This document shows positions 27,310 to 36,820 of a stretch of DNA of 64,000 bases, in pieces. Where the stretch lies: the NCBI GenBank assembly GCA_965249245.1, contig CBDFLV010000006.1, forward strand, positions 1,658,327-1,722,326, written 5' to 3'. Origin of the DNA: Acidobacteriota bacterium (GTDB lineage: Bacteria; Acidobacteriota; UBA6911; RPQK01; CBDAPI01). Under the pieces are notes generated by a model. That model did no database searches. It saw only the letters and a program-made list of their open reading frames with translations, and was not told where the DNA came from. The translations under genes were made by a program, and so were the position numbers. Positions within the stretch are counted from its first letter, which is position 1; each line of letters opens with the position of its first letter.

Positions 27310-29577
27310 TTGACGACCTCTAGAAAGAGTTTTTTCGGGACCTTCGTTCTTGTCGCCTGGTTCCTGGCGCTGCAGGCCTCCCTGGGCAGTGGCGCTCTCC
27401 GGGCAGGTGCAAAAACACCACGTGGATCGGGAGACGTTCGGCTGGGCGAGCCGCGCCATCTCGATCTTTACTTTCCCTTCCAGCAGGTTGATAATCTTCA
27501 GGAGTGGAAGCTTCGATCTGCCCAATTGCGACGTCAGATTCAGGTGGCGACCGGGCTCCTTCCCTATCCCCCGCGGACGCCCCTGAAGGCGGTTATCCAC
27601 GGGGAGGTGCACCGCACCGGGTACACAGTCGCAAGGGTCTACTTCGAGTCCCTGCCAGGGCATTTCGTGACTGGCAATCTCTACCGACCGAGCGGTAGCG
27701 GAACTCGGCGGCCGGGTGTATTGTCCCCCCACGGGCACGCAGGGGACTCGCGGCAGCACCACCAAAACGGACGGTTTCATGATCATGGTGCCGATGGGAT
27801 TCGGGGGGAGATGGCTGCTGGGGCAGAGCGTTTTGTGGTGGGAGGACGCCACCCCCTGCAGGCGAGGGCGGTCCAGCTGGCTCGCATGGGATGTGTGGTC
27901 TTTCAGTATGACATGGTTGGTTTTGGCGACAGTCTGCAGCTCTCTCACAGGGGCGTCGGGCCCCGACCGGCGATGAACACACTGCAGGACTGGGGTTTCT
28001 CCAGTCCACGCGCCGAGCTCCATCTGCAAAGTTTGATGATGCTGCAGACCTGGAACTCAATTCGTGCTCTGGACTTTCTGGTCTCCCTTTCCGACGTTGA
28101 TCCCGAGCGGATTGCTGTGGAAGGACACAGTGGAGGTGGGACCCAGACCTTCATTCTGGCAGCACTGGACGCCCGGCCGGCGGTGGTTTTCCCGGCCGTG
28201 ATGGTGTCGACTTCCATGCAGGGCGGCTGTATCTGTGAGAATGCGTGCTATCTGAGGATCGGTGCCGGCAACGTTGATTTTGCAGCTCTTTCCGCTCCCC
28301 GGCCGCTGGGTATGACGGGTGCTGACGACTGGACCCGTGAGATCGAAACCCGGGGGCTTCCGGATTTGAAGCGGGTGTACGAGTTTCACGGTGTGCCCGA
28401 GCTGGTGGCGGCGGCGGTGTTCCCTCAATTTGAGCACAACTACAACAGTGTGAGCCGGACGGTCATGTACACGTGGCTGAATCGTCATCTGGGTCTCGGT
28501 TGGCCCGAGCCCGTGATCGAACAGGACTATATTCCCCTGACGGAAGGGGAGATGTCGGTTTGGAATCATGAGCATCCCGCTCCCCGGGGCGACGCCGTCG
28601 GCGAGTCTCACGAGCGCTCTCTGGTTTCCTGGTTGAGTGACAGTTCTCGGCAGCAGATGGAAAGGATTTGGCCACGCGACCCGGAAAGCTACCGGGAGTT
28701 TCGATCTACACTCGGTCAAGCCTTCGACGTGATTCTGGGTCGTAGCCTGGAGGAGATTGGCAATGTTCACTCAAAGGGAATTGAAGAAGGGCCAGACAGC
28801 ACCGGCCGGTTTGAGAACCTCGCGGGGTCAGCAGGGACTCATCACGGGCAACGTATCCTGCTCTCCAATCGTTTCTCCGAGGAAGTCCGGATCCGCAGCT
28901 GGTCGAATCCCGGCCGGGCGAGTCGAACCCTGATCTGGATCAGTGGGGGAGGGATTGGGGATCTGTCGGCACCAGACAACGAGCCGCGCACCGCGGTAAA
29001 GCGTCTTCTGGAAGCGGGTGTTCGGGTCATCAGCACTGAATTACTCGGGCAGGAAAGCCGCGCTGGAAACGGTGGGTTTGACCGGAATCGTCTGGTTCTG
29101 AACGGCGATGGATCCCAGGGTTGGCATCGCCATGCCGCCTACACGTTCGGCTACAACTATCCGCTCTTCACGCAGCGTGTGCATGACGTTTTAACCATCA
29201 TGAGTTATGTCACATCAAAGTGGCCCGGGAGCAGGCTCGAGCTGGTCGGACTGGGCCCCGTCGCGGGACCGATAGCGGCAGCAGCCCGAGCCCAGGGTGG
29301 TGAAGCTTTGCACAAGACGGCTATTGACACCGGCGGATTCCGATTCTCGGACATCAACCAGTTTGATCATCCCATGTTCTTGCCGGGGGCGGCCAGGTAC
29401 TTCGATCTCCCGGGTCTTCTGCTGCTCCCGCGGGGGGGTGGAGATCTGTGGCTAACGGGTGAGAGCACCGACTGGCTGGCCGGAATCAGGGACGCCCATC
29501 GGACTTCCGGCCAAACTTTTGCCCTGGTAACCCCCGGTTCTGAGTCGTCGGTTGTTGACTGGTTGCTGAAGGAATGA
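27310..29577 (+). CDS. Secreted alpha/beta-hydrolase (acetylxylan esterase-like, two-domain)
   Basis: Signal peptide, YFESLPGHFVTGNLY, nucleophile GHSGGGTQT, CICEN, HNYN motifs. Confidence 0.8.
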   Translation: MTTSRKSFFGTFVLVAWFLALQASLGSGALRAGAKTPRGSGDVRLGEPRHLDLYFPFQQVDNLQEWKLRSAQLRRQIQVATGLLPYPPRTPLKAVIHGEVHRTGYTVARVYFESLPGHFVTGNLYRPSGSGTRRPGVLSPHGHAGDSRQHHQNGRFHDHGADGIRGEMAAGAERFVVGGRHPLQARAVQLARMGCVVFQYDMVGFGDSLQLSHRGVGPRPAMNTLQDWGFSSPRAELHLQSLMMLQTWNSIRALDFLVSLSDVDPERIAVEGHSGGGTQTFILAALDARPAVVFPAVMVSTSMQGGCICENACYLRIGAGNVDFAALSAPRPLGMTGADDWTREIETRGLPDLKRVYEFHGVPELVAAAVFPQFEHNYNSVSRTVMYTWLNRHLGLGWPEPVIEQDYIPLTEGEMSVWNHEHPAPRGDAVGESHERSLVSWLSDSSRQQMERIWPRDPESYREFRSTLGQAFDVILGRSLEEIGNVHSKGIEEGPDSTGRFENLAGSAGTHHGQRILLSNRFSEEVRIRSWSNPGRASRTLIWISGGGIGDLSAPDNEPRTAVKRLLEAGVRVISTELLGQESRAGNGGFDRNRLVLNGDGSQGWHRHAAYTFGYNYPLFTQRVHDVLTIMSYVTSKWPGSRLELVGLGPVAGPIAAAARAQGGEALHKTAIDTGGFRFSDINQFDHPMFLPGAARYFDLPGLLLLPRGGGDLWLTGESTDWLAGIRDAHRTSGQTFALVTPGSESSVVDWLLKE

Positions 29578-30413
29578 GGTAAAAAACGGCGATCTGAGCG
29601 GACCACGGAGGGTCCTCCTACACCGGGAATGTCACGGACCGGCGAAGTGTAGGAGCCGCTTCCATGCGGCGATCCGATCGGACCACGGAGGGTCCTCCTA
29701 CACTGGGAATGTCACGGACCGGCGAAGTGTAGGAGCCGCTTCCATGCGGCGATCTGATCGGACCACGGAGGGTCCTCCTAGTGCGCTCGTAAGCGCACTT
29801 GAACAGTAGGGTGAAAGTCCCTACCGGGCAAACGTTCTCCGGCCCGTATTCGACGGCAACTGCGTCATCGTGAGGTGGGGTGGGAAGCAGCCGAAGGAGA
29901 ACCACCAGTCTGTAGGAGACGAACTCGATTCGGCTCAGAGGGGACAGCGAGCCTGCTGGGAAATGGCGAAGCTCGAATGGAAGGGAAACCTGACACGGAC
30001 AAGAGCCTGATGGGTAACGTGAAAAAGGCATCTTGTTAACCCTTGGGGTGGTTGGATGATCAACGTCAAATAGAATTCCCGCAGCGACGATTGGAAATCC
30101 CCACACAAGGATTAAAAAAAAAGAGCTGTAGCCGTCCTCTGAGACGGCCCTTTCCGCGGTCCTCCTTTCTGTAAAAAAGAGAGATTGTTCCTAGAATGCG
30201 AGGGGGACGGAGTGAGGGCGTAGCCCGAACGGAGCTCCCCCTCGCTCGCGCTGGCGTCGAGGGGAGTGGACCAGATCCACGAGGCTGCTGAGCGGCCTCT
30301 GTAGGGCGCTGTACGACCTCTCCCCTTGGCGGGCACTCGTCTATCGCCCTCACCAAGCACTTTCCGGGGTCCAATCAGCCGATTTGCCCGGATTTGACCT
30401 CCTCGCGGTTTCC

Positions 30414-31178
30414 TCATTTCGTGGTTCCCTGCTGCTTTGCCTTGGCGCTCTCCATTCGATAGCTCGGGACGTTGAGTTCCAGAATCACGCTGTGGTGCAC
30501 CAGCCGGTCGATGGCTGCTGCCGTCGTCAGGGGGTCCTTGAAGATCCTCTCCCAGTCCGAGAAGATCAGGTTGCTGGTCAGCAAGATGCTGCGACGTTCG
30601 TAACGATGGGCCAGCAGTGTGAAGAGAACCTCCATTTCCTCCCGGCTTTGCTGAACGTAGCCGATGTCATCGACTATGAGAGCCTCGAAGCGATCCAGTT
30701 TCTTGAGCTCCTTCTCCAGAGTCAGATCGATTTTGGCCCGCAGCAATCGCTGTACCAGCAGGGCGCAGGTAGAAAACAGAACCCGGCGCCCCAGCAGAAT
30801 CAACTCCTGGCCCAGAGCACAGACCAGATGGGTTTTCCCGCTCCCAGGGTTACCGAAAGCCAAGACGTTCTCGGCACGATCCAAAAACGTCCCTTCCAGC
30901 AGCGCTGTGAGTTGTCGATCCACGCTTTGGGGCAAGCGCGAGCGGTCCAGCGCCGTCAGCGTTTTCTCCCAGGGAAGCTTGGAGGCCCGACGCTGGCGCT
31001 GGATTTTGCGCTCGTGCCGCTCCGCCACCTCGATCTCAGATAACGACAAGAGAAACCGGGGATAGGACAGACTTTCCTGGGTGGCCAGTGCCGCCTGGGC
31101 GGCGTAGTGCTCCCGAAAGGCCGGTAGATGCAGCTCGATTAGGCACTCGCGAAGTCGCGGTAAGTTGCCTGTGCTCAT
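30414..31178 (-). CDS. istB: IstB ATPase, copy 2
   Basis: Translation identical to copy 1. Confidence 0.93.
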   Translation of the reverse strand: MSTGNLPRLRECLIELHLPAFREHYAAQAALATQESLSYPRFLLSLSEIEVAERHERKIQRQRRASKLPWEKTLTALDRSRLPQSVDRQLTALLEGTFLDRAENVLAFGNPGSGKTHLVCALGQELILLGRRVLFSTCALLVQRLLRAKIDLTLEKELKKLDRFEALIVDDIGYVQQSREEMEVLFTLLAHRYERRSILLTSNLIFSDWERIFKDPLTTAAAIDRLVHHSVILELNVPSYRMESAKAKQQGTTK

Positions 31179-32647
31179 GACCTCACCTCCCGGTTCTCGA
31201 GAAGGGTGTCGTAGAGGCCCACGTCCATCTTCTCCACCATCACTTCCCAGGGTTCCACCACCGGATCGACAAGGCATTCTCGTAGTGCTTCAAAACGGAT
31301 TCTTTGTCCCCGCTCAATCAACACCTGAAGTGCCTCTCGCACCCGCTGTTCACCTTCCTGGGCAGCCACCTCGAGGATCTTCAGATATTGGCGATCCGCC
31401 GTGGCCGGACAATCTCGGCGCAGCTCGTCGTAGGCGACTCGAAACAAGATCCCCGGAAACAGATCCTCCCGCCAGCGATAGCGAGTAAACGCCCCCGGCT
31501 TGCGCACCAACGAATGGATCACGTGCCGGTAGTCAATGCGATGCTTGCCTTCTCCTCGCAAGCGCGGCATCCGTGCCTGGCGCCGTCCTCCGTAGTAGAC
31601 CTCCACCTGATCCGCCCACACCCGCACTTGAACGCGCTCGCCGATCAACCGGCTGTCCACCGAATAGGTGTTGTGGCGAACCCGGATCGTACTGCTGGGG
31701 GAGACTCTCACCCACTGCCGGGTGAAGTCATCCAGACGGCGTGCCGGCAACGGGCGCATCACTGCCAGCTCTTCTCCCAGGCGCTTTTGCCGGGCCGCAT
31801 TGCGCCGGGACACAATCACCGCTACAAAGCCCTCGTACTCTTCCCGGCTGGAAAAATCACGGCTACACCGCAGCAGCAGTTCCTGCTCAATGGCCCGTTT
31901 CAAGCGGTGATGGGACTGTTCCACATCCCCGTTCTCGTGTGCCTTTCCTGCCTGAGTGCGACTGGAGCGCATCCCGAAGTGTCTCAGCAACGCTTGATAG
32001 CGCTCGGTGAACTCTTCCCGCTTCAGGTTCTTGACTGCCGCCGAGAGCCGGTCGGTCCGGTGCTCCTCGGGCAGCGCCCCCAACTCCCACAACGCGTTCT
32101 GAAGCCCCAGGCTGAGGCTCTCAAACGACTCACTGAAACACAGCGTGGTCGCTTCCCAGTTCGAGTAGGCCAACACGAAGTGGTACAGCAGATGGGGAAA
32201 CGGCTGGCCCTGGATCGTCACTCCGAGGCGCCCCATAAACGTGAAGTCCGATTGCGCTTGATGTCCCGGCTGATACTTCTGCGGGAACATCACCTCCTTC
32301 GCTTCTCCGTATTCTGCCTTCCACTGCTTGATCCTGCGCTGCAGCGTTCTCAACTGGCCTTGCTGGAAGGCCCCTTCCTGCTGACGACACAAATGATCGA
32401 ACACCGCTTTTGCTTCCACCGTCGGCGATCGCTTCAGGATCTCTTTCACCTCCGGCCACACCGACTCGAACGGATCCGATCGAGTTCTCCAATACCGTTC
32501 CGGCTGACACTGGCTCGGTAGCTTTCCCGACTTCAGGTACTTGCGAGCTGTCTTTCGCGACATCCCCGCTTTGGCCGCCGCCATCGTTAGCGTCTTCTCG
32601 TTCTTCTTCAACTTTACTAACCTCCGCACTTGCTGATCCTTAACCAT
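31175..32647 (-). CDS. istA: IstA transposase, copy 2
   Basis: One amino-acid difference from copy 1. Confidence 0.93.
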   Translation of the reverse strand: MVKDQQVRRLVKLKKNEKTLTMAAAKAGMSRKTARKYLKSGKLPSQCQPERYWRTRSDPFESVWPEVKEILKRSPTVEAKAVFDHLCRQQEGAFQQGQLRTLQRRIKQWKAEYGEAKEVMFPQKYQPGHQAQSDFTFMGRLGVTIQGQPFPHLLYHFVLAYSNWEATTLCFSESFESLSLGLQNALWELGALPEEHRTDRLSAAVKNLKREEFTERYQALLRHFGMRSSRTQAGKAHENGDVEQSHHRLKRAIEQELLLRCSRDFSSREEYEGFVAVIVSRRNAARQKRLGEELAVMRPLPARRLDDFTRQWVRVSPSSTIRVRHNTYSVDSRLIGERVQVRVWADQVEVYYGGRRQARMPRLRGEGKHRIDYRHVIHSLVRKPGAFTRYRWREDLFPGILFRVAYDELRRDCPATADRQYLKILEVAAQEGEQRVREALQVLIERGQRIRFEALRECLVDPVVEPWEVMVEKMDVGLYDTLLENREVRS

Positions 32648-32890
32648 GCCCTCATGGTCAGGATCAGCCCTGAAAAAGCGGGGAATTCCATTTGTCGTCG
32701 CGGGGAATTCTAACTGTCGCCAATCAGTTGGAGATGGAATGGTGGGAAGTTCAAGTGACGTAAAGCGAGGAGGTCTGCGAAAGGTCGGTCTGGCAAGAGA
32801 CCCGCAGAAGTCAGAGGCGGCGTAGTAGTGAAGAAGCCGGGTAATGCCGGTGGAGCGAAGGCCCGCCAGGAAGGTGGATGTGTAGAGTCA

Positions 32891-33121
32891 ATGACGAAGC
32901 AAGAGGAACTGTCGAAAGTGGAGGAGACTCCTAAGCAAGGCAGAGAAGCCGAGAGCCAGAAATGGAGCTGGGTGGAAGCGGAAGTGTGGACCGAACGCAT
33001 GCTGACGACCCTGGAAACAGGAGTGAAAGGAGGCAAAAATGCCTACTTTATCGAGCAGGGGCTATTTACCATGGCCGTAGCCCACGCGCAGATCTGTCAG
33101 TCCCGCCGTGGACCCCACTGA
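32891..33121 (+). pseudogene. Intron-encoded RT/maturase remnant (76 aa; N- and C-termini fused in frame)
   Basis: WSWVEAEVWTERMLTTLETGVKGGK is joined at ~33037 to NAYFIEQGLFTM; no RT motifs (no YADD); ends just before domain V. Confidence 0.85.
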
Positions 33122-33538
33122 CTGGAGAGCCGGATGCGGGAGAACCGCACGTCCGGTTCGGAGGGAGGGGAGGCTCAAACCAATGAGCTTTCCCTACCCC
33201 TATCACCGGGAATGTCACGGGCCGGCGAAGTGTAGGAGCCGCTTCCATGCGGCGATCCGATCGGACCACGGAGGGTCCTCCTACACTGGGAATGTCACGG
33301 GCCGGCGAAGTGTAGGAGCCGCTTCCATGCGGCGATCTGATCGGACCACGGAGGGTCCTCCTACACTGGGAATGTCACGGACCGGCGAAGTGTAGGAGCC
33401 GCTTCCATGCGGCGATCTGAGCGGATCGCAGAGCATCCACCACATTGGCTTCGCTTATGACCCAAACTTGACTCAACACTAAAGATCCGCTTCACTCAGG
33501 CGAAGCTGGAACCGGAACCCAGAACCCAGAGGAACAAG

Positions 33539-34003
33539 ATGACTCCCGAAGAAACGCTGACGGCCCTTGCTTTGGAGCTTCCACCAACACCCAAACCGGG
33601 CGGGATTTACAAGCCACTTCTGATGCACGGCGGCCTGGCCTATGTCTCAGGCCATCCCCCCCTATCCTCGGATGGAACCCTCATCCGGGGCAGAGTCGGA
33701 GCAGACCTCAGTCTCGAGGAAGGGAAGGCAGCGGCGCGCCAGGTGGGTCTCGGCATACTTGCGACTCTGAGGGGCGAGCTGGGGAGTCTTGATCGGATCT
33801 CCGGAGTGGTCAAGGTGCTGGGAATGGTAAACGCCACCCAGGATTTTGAGGATCATCCCCAGGTGATCAATGGCTGCAGCGAGCTGTTTGCCGAGGTGTT
33901 TGGAGAAGAGAAAGGCATCGGCGTACGCAGCGCGGTTGGAATGGGATCGCTGCCCGGCAACATCGCCGTCGAAATCGAGGCTATTTTCGAGCTTTCAGAA
34001 TGA
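33539..34003 (+). CDS. RidA/YjgF-family protein
   Basis: LAYVSG, VINGCSELF, RSAVGMGSLP...VEIEAI motifs. Confidence 0.9.
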   Translation: MTPEETLTALALELPPTPKPGGIYKPLLMHGGLAYVSGHPPLSSDGTLIRGRVGADLSLEEGKAAARQVGLGILATLRGELGSLDRISGVVKVLGMVNATQDFEDHPQVINGCSELFAEVFGEEKGIGVRSAVGMGSLPGNIAVEIEAIFELSE

Positions 34004-34042
34004 AGAGGTCCGGGAATCCGATCCCGGGTTAGAGCTTCGAGC

Positions 34043-34717
34043 ATGGTAAAGGCGATCCTGTTCGACTTCGATGGCACACTGGTTGATGCGTCGAAGGCGA
34101 TCATCCAGACATTCAATTCGGTGGTGACTCGCTTCGGACTCGACCCCTGGACGCACAACCGGATCACCACCGGCATAGGGAAACCGCTGGTGACCCTTTT
34201 CCAAGAAATACGTCCCGAGTGCCACCCTTTCCAGCTCCAGGAGATGCTGAAGGCCTATGAAGAACTAGCCGGGGAGGAGGACCCGAGGGCTGTGCGGCTG
34301 AAACCGAACGTACGTCGCACCCTCGCTTTGCTCAACGAGCGTGTGCAAATGGGAATCGTCACATCGAGGCGGGGCACAGGCGCGCGCAACATCCTGCGGC
34401 GCTTTGAACTGGAGCAGTACTTTTCGGCAGTCATCGGCATCGAAAACGTCGACAGGCCGAAACCGGACGCGGAGCCCCTGCGGATGGCCCTGGACCTCCT
34501 GGGCGTATCTGCTGAGGAGGCCCTGATGGTCGGAGATACGCCAGACGATGTACGGTCGGCACGAAACGCCGGAGTCAAGTCGGCAGGGGTGACGACAGGC
34601 CACCAGGCCTTGAGCGACCTGCTGGCAGCAGAACCGGACTTCATTATTCACGACCTGAGCGAGCTTATCGAGCTCCCGGAACTTGTCGGAAACTCCGCTG
34701 CGGTAATGGAGGAATAG
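34043..34717 (+). CDS. HAD-family hydrolase (Gph/PpaX-like)
   Basis: FDFDGTLVD, VTS, KPDAEP, MVGDTPDD motifs. Confidence 0.9.
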   Translation: MVKAILFDFDGTLVDASKAIIQTFNSVVTRFGLDPWTHNRITTGIGKPLVTLFQEIRPECHPFQLQEMLKAYEELAGEEDPRAVRLKPNVRRTLALLNERVQMGIVTSRRGTGARNILRRFELEQYFSAVIGIENVDRPKPDAEPLRMALDLLGVSAEEALMVGDTPDDVRSARNAGVKSAGVTTGHQALSDLLAAEPDFIIHDLSELIELPELVGNSAAVMEE

Positions 34718-34724
34718 GAGCTCC

Positions 34725-36353
34725 GTGAGTACCGATCTGAAGAGTTTTGAAGAAGCGGCCAGCTGGGACGAAGTCCGTGCGATCATGCGCGAAGATGCGA
34801 ACACCATCTGCCTCGGAGGGGGTCCTGCCAGGATTGAGCGCCAGCATCAGAAGGGCCGCCTGACGGCCCGCGAAAGGATCGCGGCGCTGGTCGATGAAGC
34901 CTCAGAGTTCTTCGAGGTGGGCCTGTACGCCGCCAATGGAATGTACCGGAAGTGGGGCGGCGCTCCAGGCGCGGGCGTGGTCACCGGTATCGGTCGGGTT
35001 GAAAAGAAACTTTTCATGATCGTCGCGAATGACGCCACTGTGAAGGCGGGCGCCTTCTTTCCGATGACGGTCAAGAAGGTTCTGCGCGCCCAGCGCATCG
35101 CCATGGACAATTGCCTGCCGCTCATTTACCTGGTGGACTCAGCGGGTGCGTTTCTCCCTCTCCAGGACGAGATCTTTCCGGACGTGGACGATTTCGGCAG
35201 GATTTTTCGGAACAATGCGCGTATGTCGGCCCGGGGTATTGCCCAGATCGCGGCGATTATGGGCTCCTGTGTGGCTGGTGGCGCCTACCTCCCGGTCATG
35301 TGCGACAAGCTCCTGATGACGGATGGGAGCGGTCTGTACATTGGAGGTCCGTCACTGGTCAAGGCTGCCATCGGCCAGGACATCCCAAGCGAGGAGCTGG
35401 GCGGAACCGAACTTCATGCACAGCTCTCGGGAACCATTGATTTCCGGGAAAAAGACGACCCCTCCTGCATCCGGAGACTTCGCCAGCTGGCGCGCGCTAT
35501 GGCGCTGCCGGTCCCTATGCCATTTGCGCGAACGGAGCCCGAGCCCCCGTCCCGCGATCCCGAGAGGATCTATGATCTGATGCCTCTCTTGCCCCGGGAG
35601 TACGATGTCAGGCCGGTACTGGAGTGCATTGTGGATGCCGGGGAAATCATTGAATACAAGGCGGAATACGGACGAACTCTCATCTGCGCCTATGCCAGGG
35701 TGGGAGGTTTTTCAGTGGGCGTGGTGGCCAACCAGAAACAGCACATCCGCGAGCCGGGAAAGCCCTTCGAAGTCGGGGGAGTCATCTATACCGAAAGTGC
35801 GGACAAGGCAGCCCGGTTCATCATGGACTGCAATCAGAACCATTTTCCGATTCTCTTCTTTCAGGACGTCAATGGTTTCATGGTGGGAAGGCAGGCTGAA
35901 ATATCAGGAATCATCAAATCGGGCGCCAAAATGGTGAATGCGGTCGCCAACAGTGTGGTTCCCAAGATCACGGTGATTATGGGTGGCAGCTACGGGGCGG
36001 GCAACTATGCGCTGTGCGGCAAAGCCTACGACCCGCGGCTGATTCTGGCCTGGCCCACCTGCCGCTACGCCGTGATGGGAGCGGCCCAGGCAGCTCGAAC
36101 TCTCACAGACCTGAGAGTCCGCCAGCTGGAAAAGGAGGGCAACGTTCTCGATGAGGAAGGCAGGCAGCAGGTGTTCAGCGAAATCGAGCAGAAATACCTG
36201 CGCGAGCTCGACCCCCGCTACGGGGCTGCCAGGCTATGGCTGGACGGACTGATTGAGCCGCATCGGACCAGGGAGGCGCTGATCCTGGCTCTCGAGGTGG
36301 CTTCCCTTCGTGCCGACATCGAGCCCTTCAAGACGGGTGTCCTGCAGGTTTAG
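34725..36353 (+). CDS. Acyl-CoA carboxylase carboxyltransferase (beta) subunit
   Basis: GRLTARERI, VDSAGA, GSCVAGGAY, DVNGFMVG, GSYGAGNY motifs. Confidence 0.92.
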   Translation: MSTDLKSFEEAASWDEVRAIMREDANTICLGGGPARIERQHQKGRLTARERIAALVDEASEFFEVGLYAANGMYRKWGGAPGAGVVTGIGRVEKKLFMIVANDATVKAGAFFPMTVKKVLRAQRIAMDNCLPLIYLVDSAGAFLPLQDEIFPDVDDFGRIFRNNARMSARGIAQIAAIMGSCVAGGAYLPVMCDKLLMTDGSGLYIGGPSLVKAAIGQDIPSEELGGTELHAQLSGTIDFREKDDPSCIRRLRQLARAMALPVPMPFARTEPEPPSRDPERIYDLMPLLPREYDVRPVLECIVDAGEIIEYKAEYGRTLICAYARVGGFSVGVVANQKQHIREPGKPFEVGGVIYTESADKAARFIMDCNQNHFPILFFQDVNGFMVGRQAEISGIIKSGAKMVNAVANSVVPKITVIMGGSYGAGNYALCGKAYDPRLILAWPTCRYAVMGAAQAARTLTDLRVRQLEKEGNVLDEEGRQQVFSEIEQKYLRELDPRYGAARLWLDGLIEPHRTREALILALEVASLRADIEPFKTGVLQV

Positions 36354-36355
36354 GA

Positions 36356-36393
36356 AGTTCCAAGGTTCCAATGTTCCAACGTTCCAGGTTTCC
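36356..36393. repeat. NGTTCCAR octamer array
   Basis: agttccaa ggttccaa tgttccaa cgttccag, right after the carboxyltransferase stop. Confidence 0.9.
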
Positions 36394-36662
36394 GTTTTAC
36401 TCACTTCTGCGGAATAAGAGGGGCCGGGATTGTTGTCAGAACCCTCTGGTACAGTCCGCTTTGGGTTCAGGACCTCCTACATTTCGTTCCTGAAGCCAAC
36501 TGGGGAGAAGGGAATCCTTCAAGCTATATAGCCTCTTCAGCCTCTCTGAGAAATAGCCTTGACCCCTTTTCCCCTCCCCGCCGGAGGCGCCTCCCACACT
36601 CTTGACCCCCCGAAACGCCTCGCAGCTCCCGCGCCGTTTCCTTGACACCGGTACAACACCAG

Positions 36663-36690
36663 GGTTCCAACGTTCCAACGTTCCAATGTT
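36663..36690. repeat. NGTTCCAA octamer array
   Basis: ggttccaa cgttccaa cgttccaa. Confidence 0.88.
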
Positions 36691-36820
36691 TGGGATCTTG
36701 AAAGTGGGGCCTCAGGCCGCGACGAGCAGGGACGTCGGTCATCCCGAAGCAGGCCGCGGACGGGACCAAGATCTCGATTATGAGAGAATCGTCGTGAGGA
36801 TCAGAATGAGGCGCCAACCG

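Larger units (their letters stand above)
30057..32726 (-). mobile_element. IS21-family element, copy 2
   Basis: Same sequence as copy 1 at offset 11720 except one noticed substitution in istA (VEAYY/VEVYY); TSD GTTGGA (30051-30056, 32727-32732). Confidence 0.95.
29781..33203 (+). mobile_element. Group II intron with deleted IEP, interrupted by IS21 (747 nt without the IS)
   Basis: 5' GTGCG; domain V GAGCCGGATGCGGGAGAACCGCACGTCCGGTTC (33127-33159); domain VI with bulged A at 33196 (-8); ends AT; exons rejoin as ...TCCTA|CACCGGG, restoring the repeat unit. Confidence 0.93.
29587..33425. repeat. Tandem array of 80-bp REP/BIME-like units (5 full plus 1 partial), unit 3 split by the intron
   Basis: Units start at 29587, 29667, 29747 (resumes 33204), 33250, 33330, 33410. 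Two GTAG-type REPs alternate in inverted orientation: GTAGGAGCCGCTTCCATGCGGC and the reverse complement of GTAGGAGGACCCTCCGTGGTCC. Confidence 0.92.

Noticed and set aside
18337-32726. A composite transposon that arrived as one unit bounded by the two IS21 copies
   Set aside because: Each copy has its own distinct TSD, and the enclosed DNA includes core genes such as uvrC.
29587-33425. 80-bp array as a CRISPR array
   Set aside because: Whole units repeat with only a few substitutions, there are no unique spacers, and no cas genes are in the window.
36430-36575. Possible 6S RNA (GGGTTCAGG and CCTTGACCC could pair)
   Set aside because: The motif order is the reverse of known 6S RNAs on both strands and I could not build the long central-bubble hairpin; an Rfam scan would settle it.
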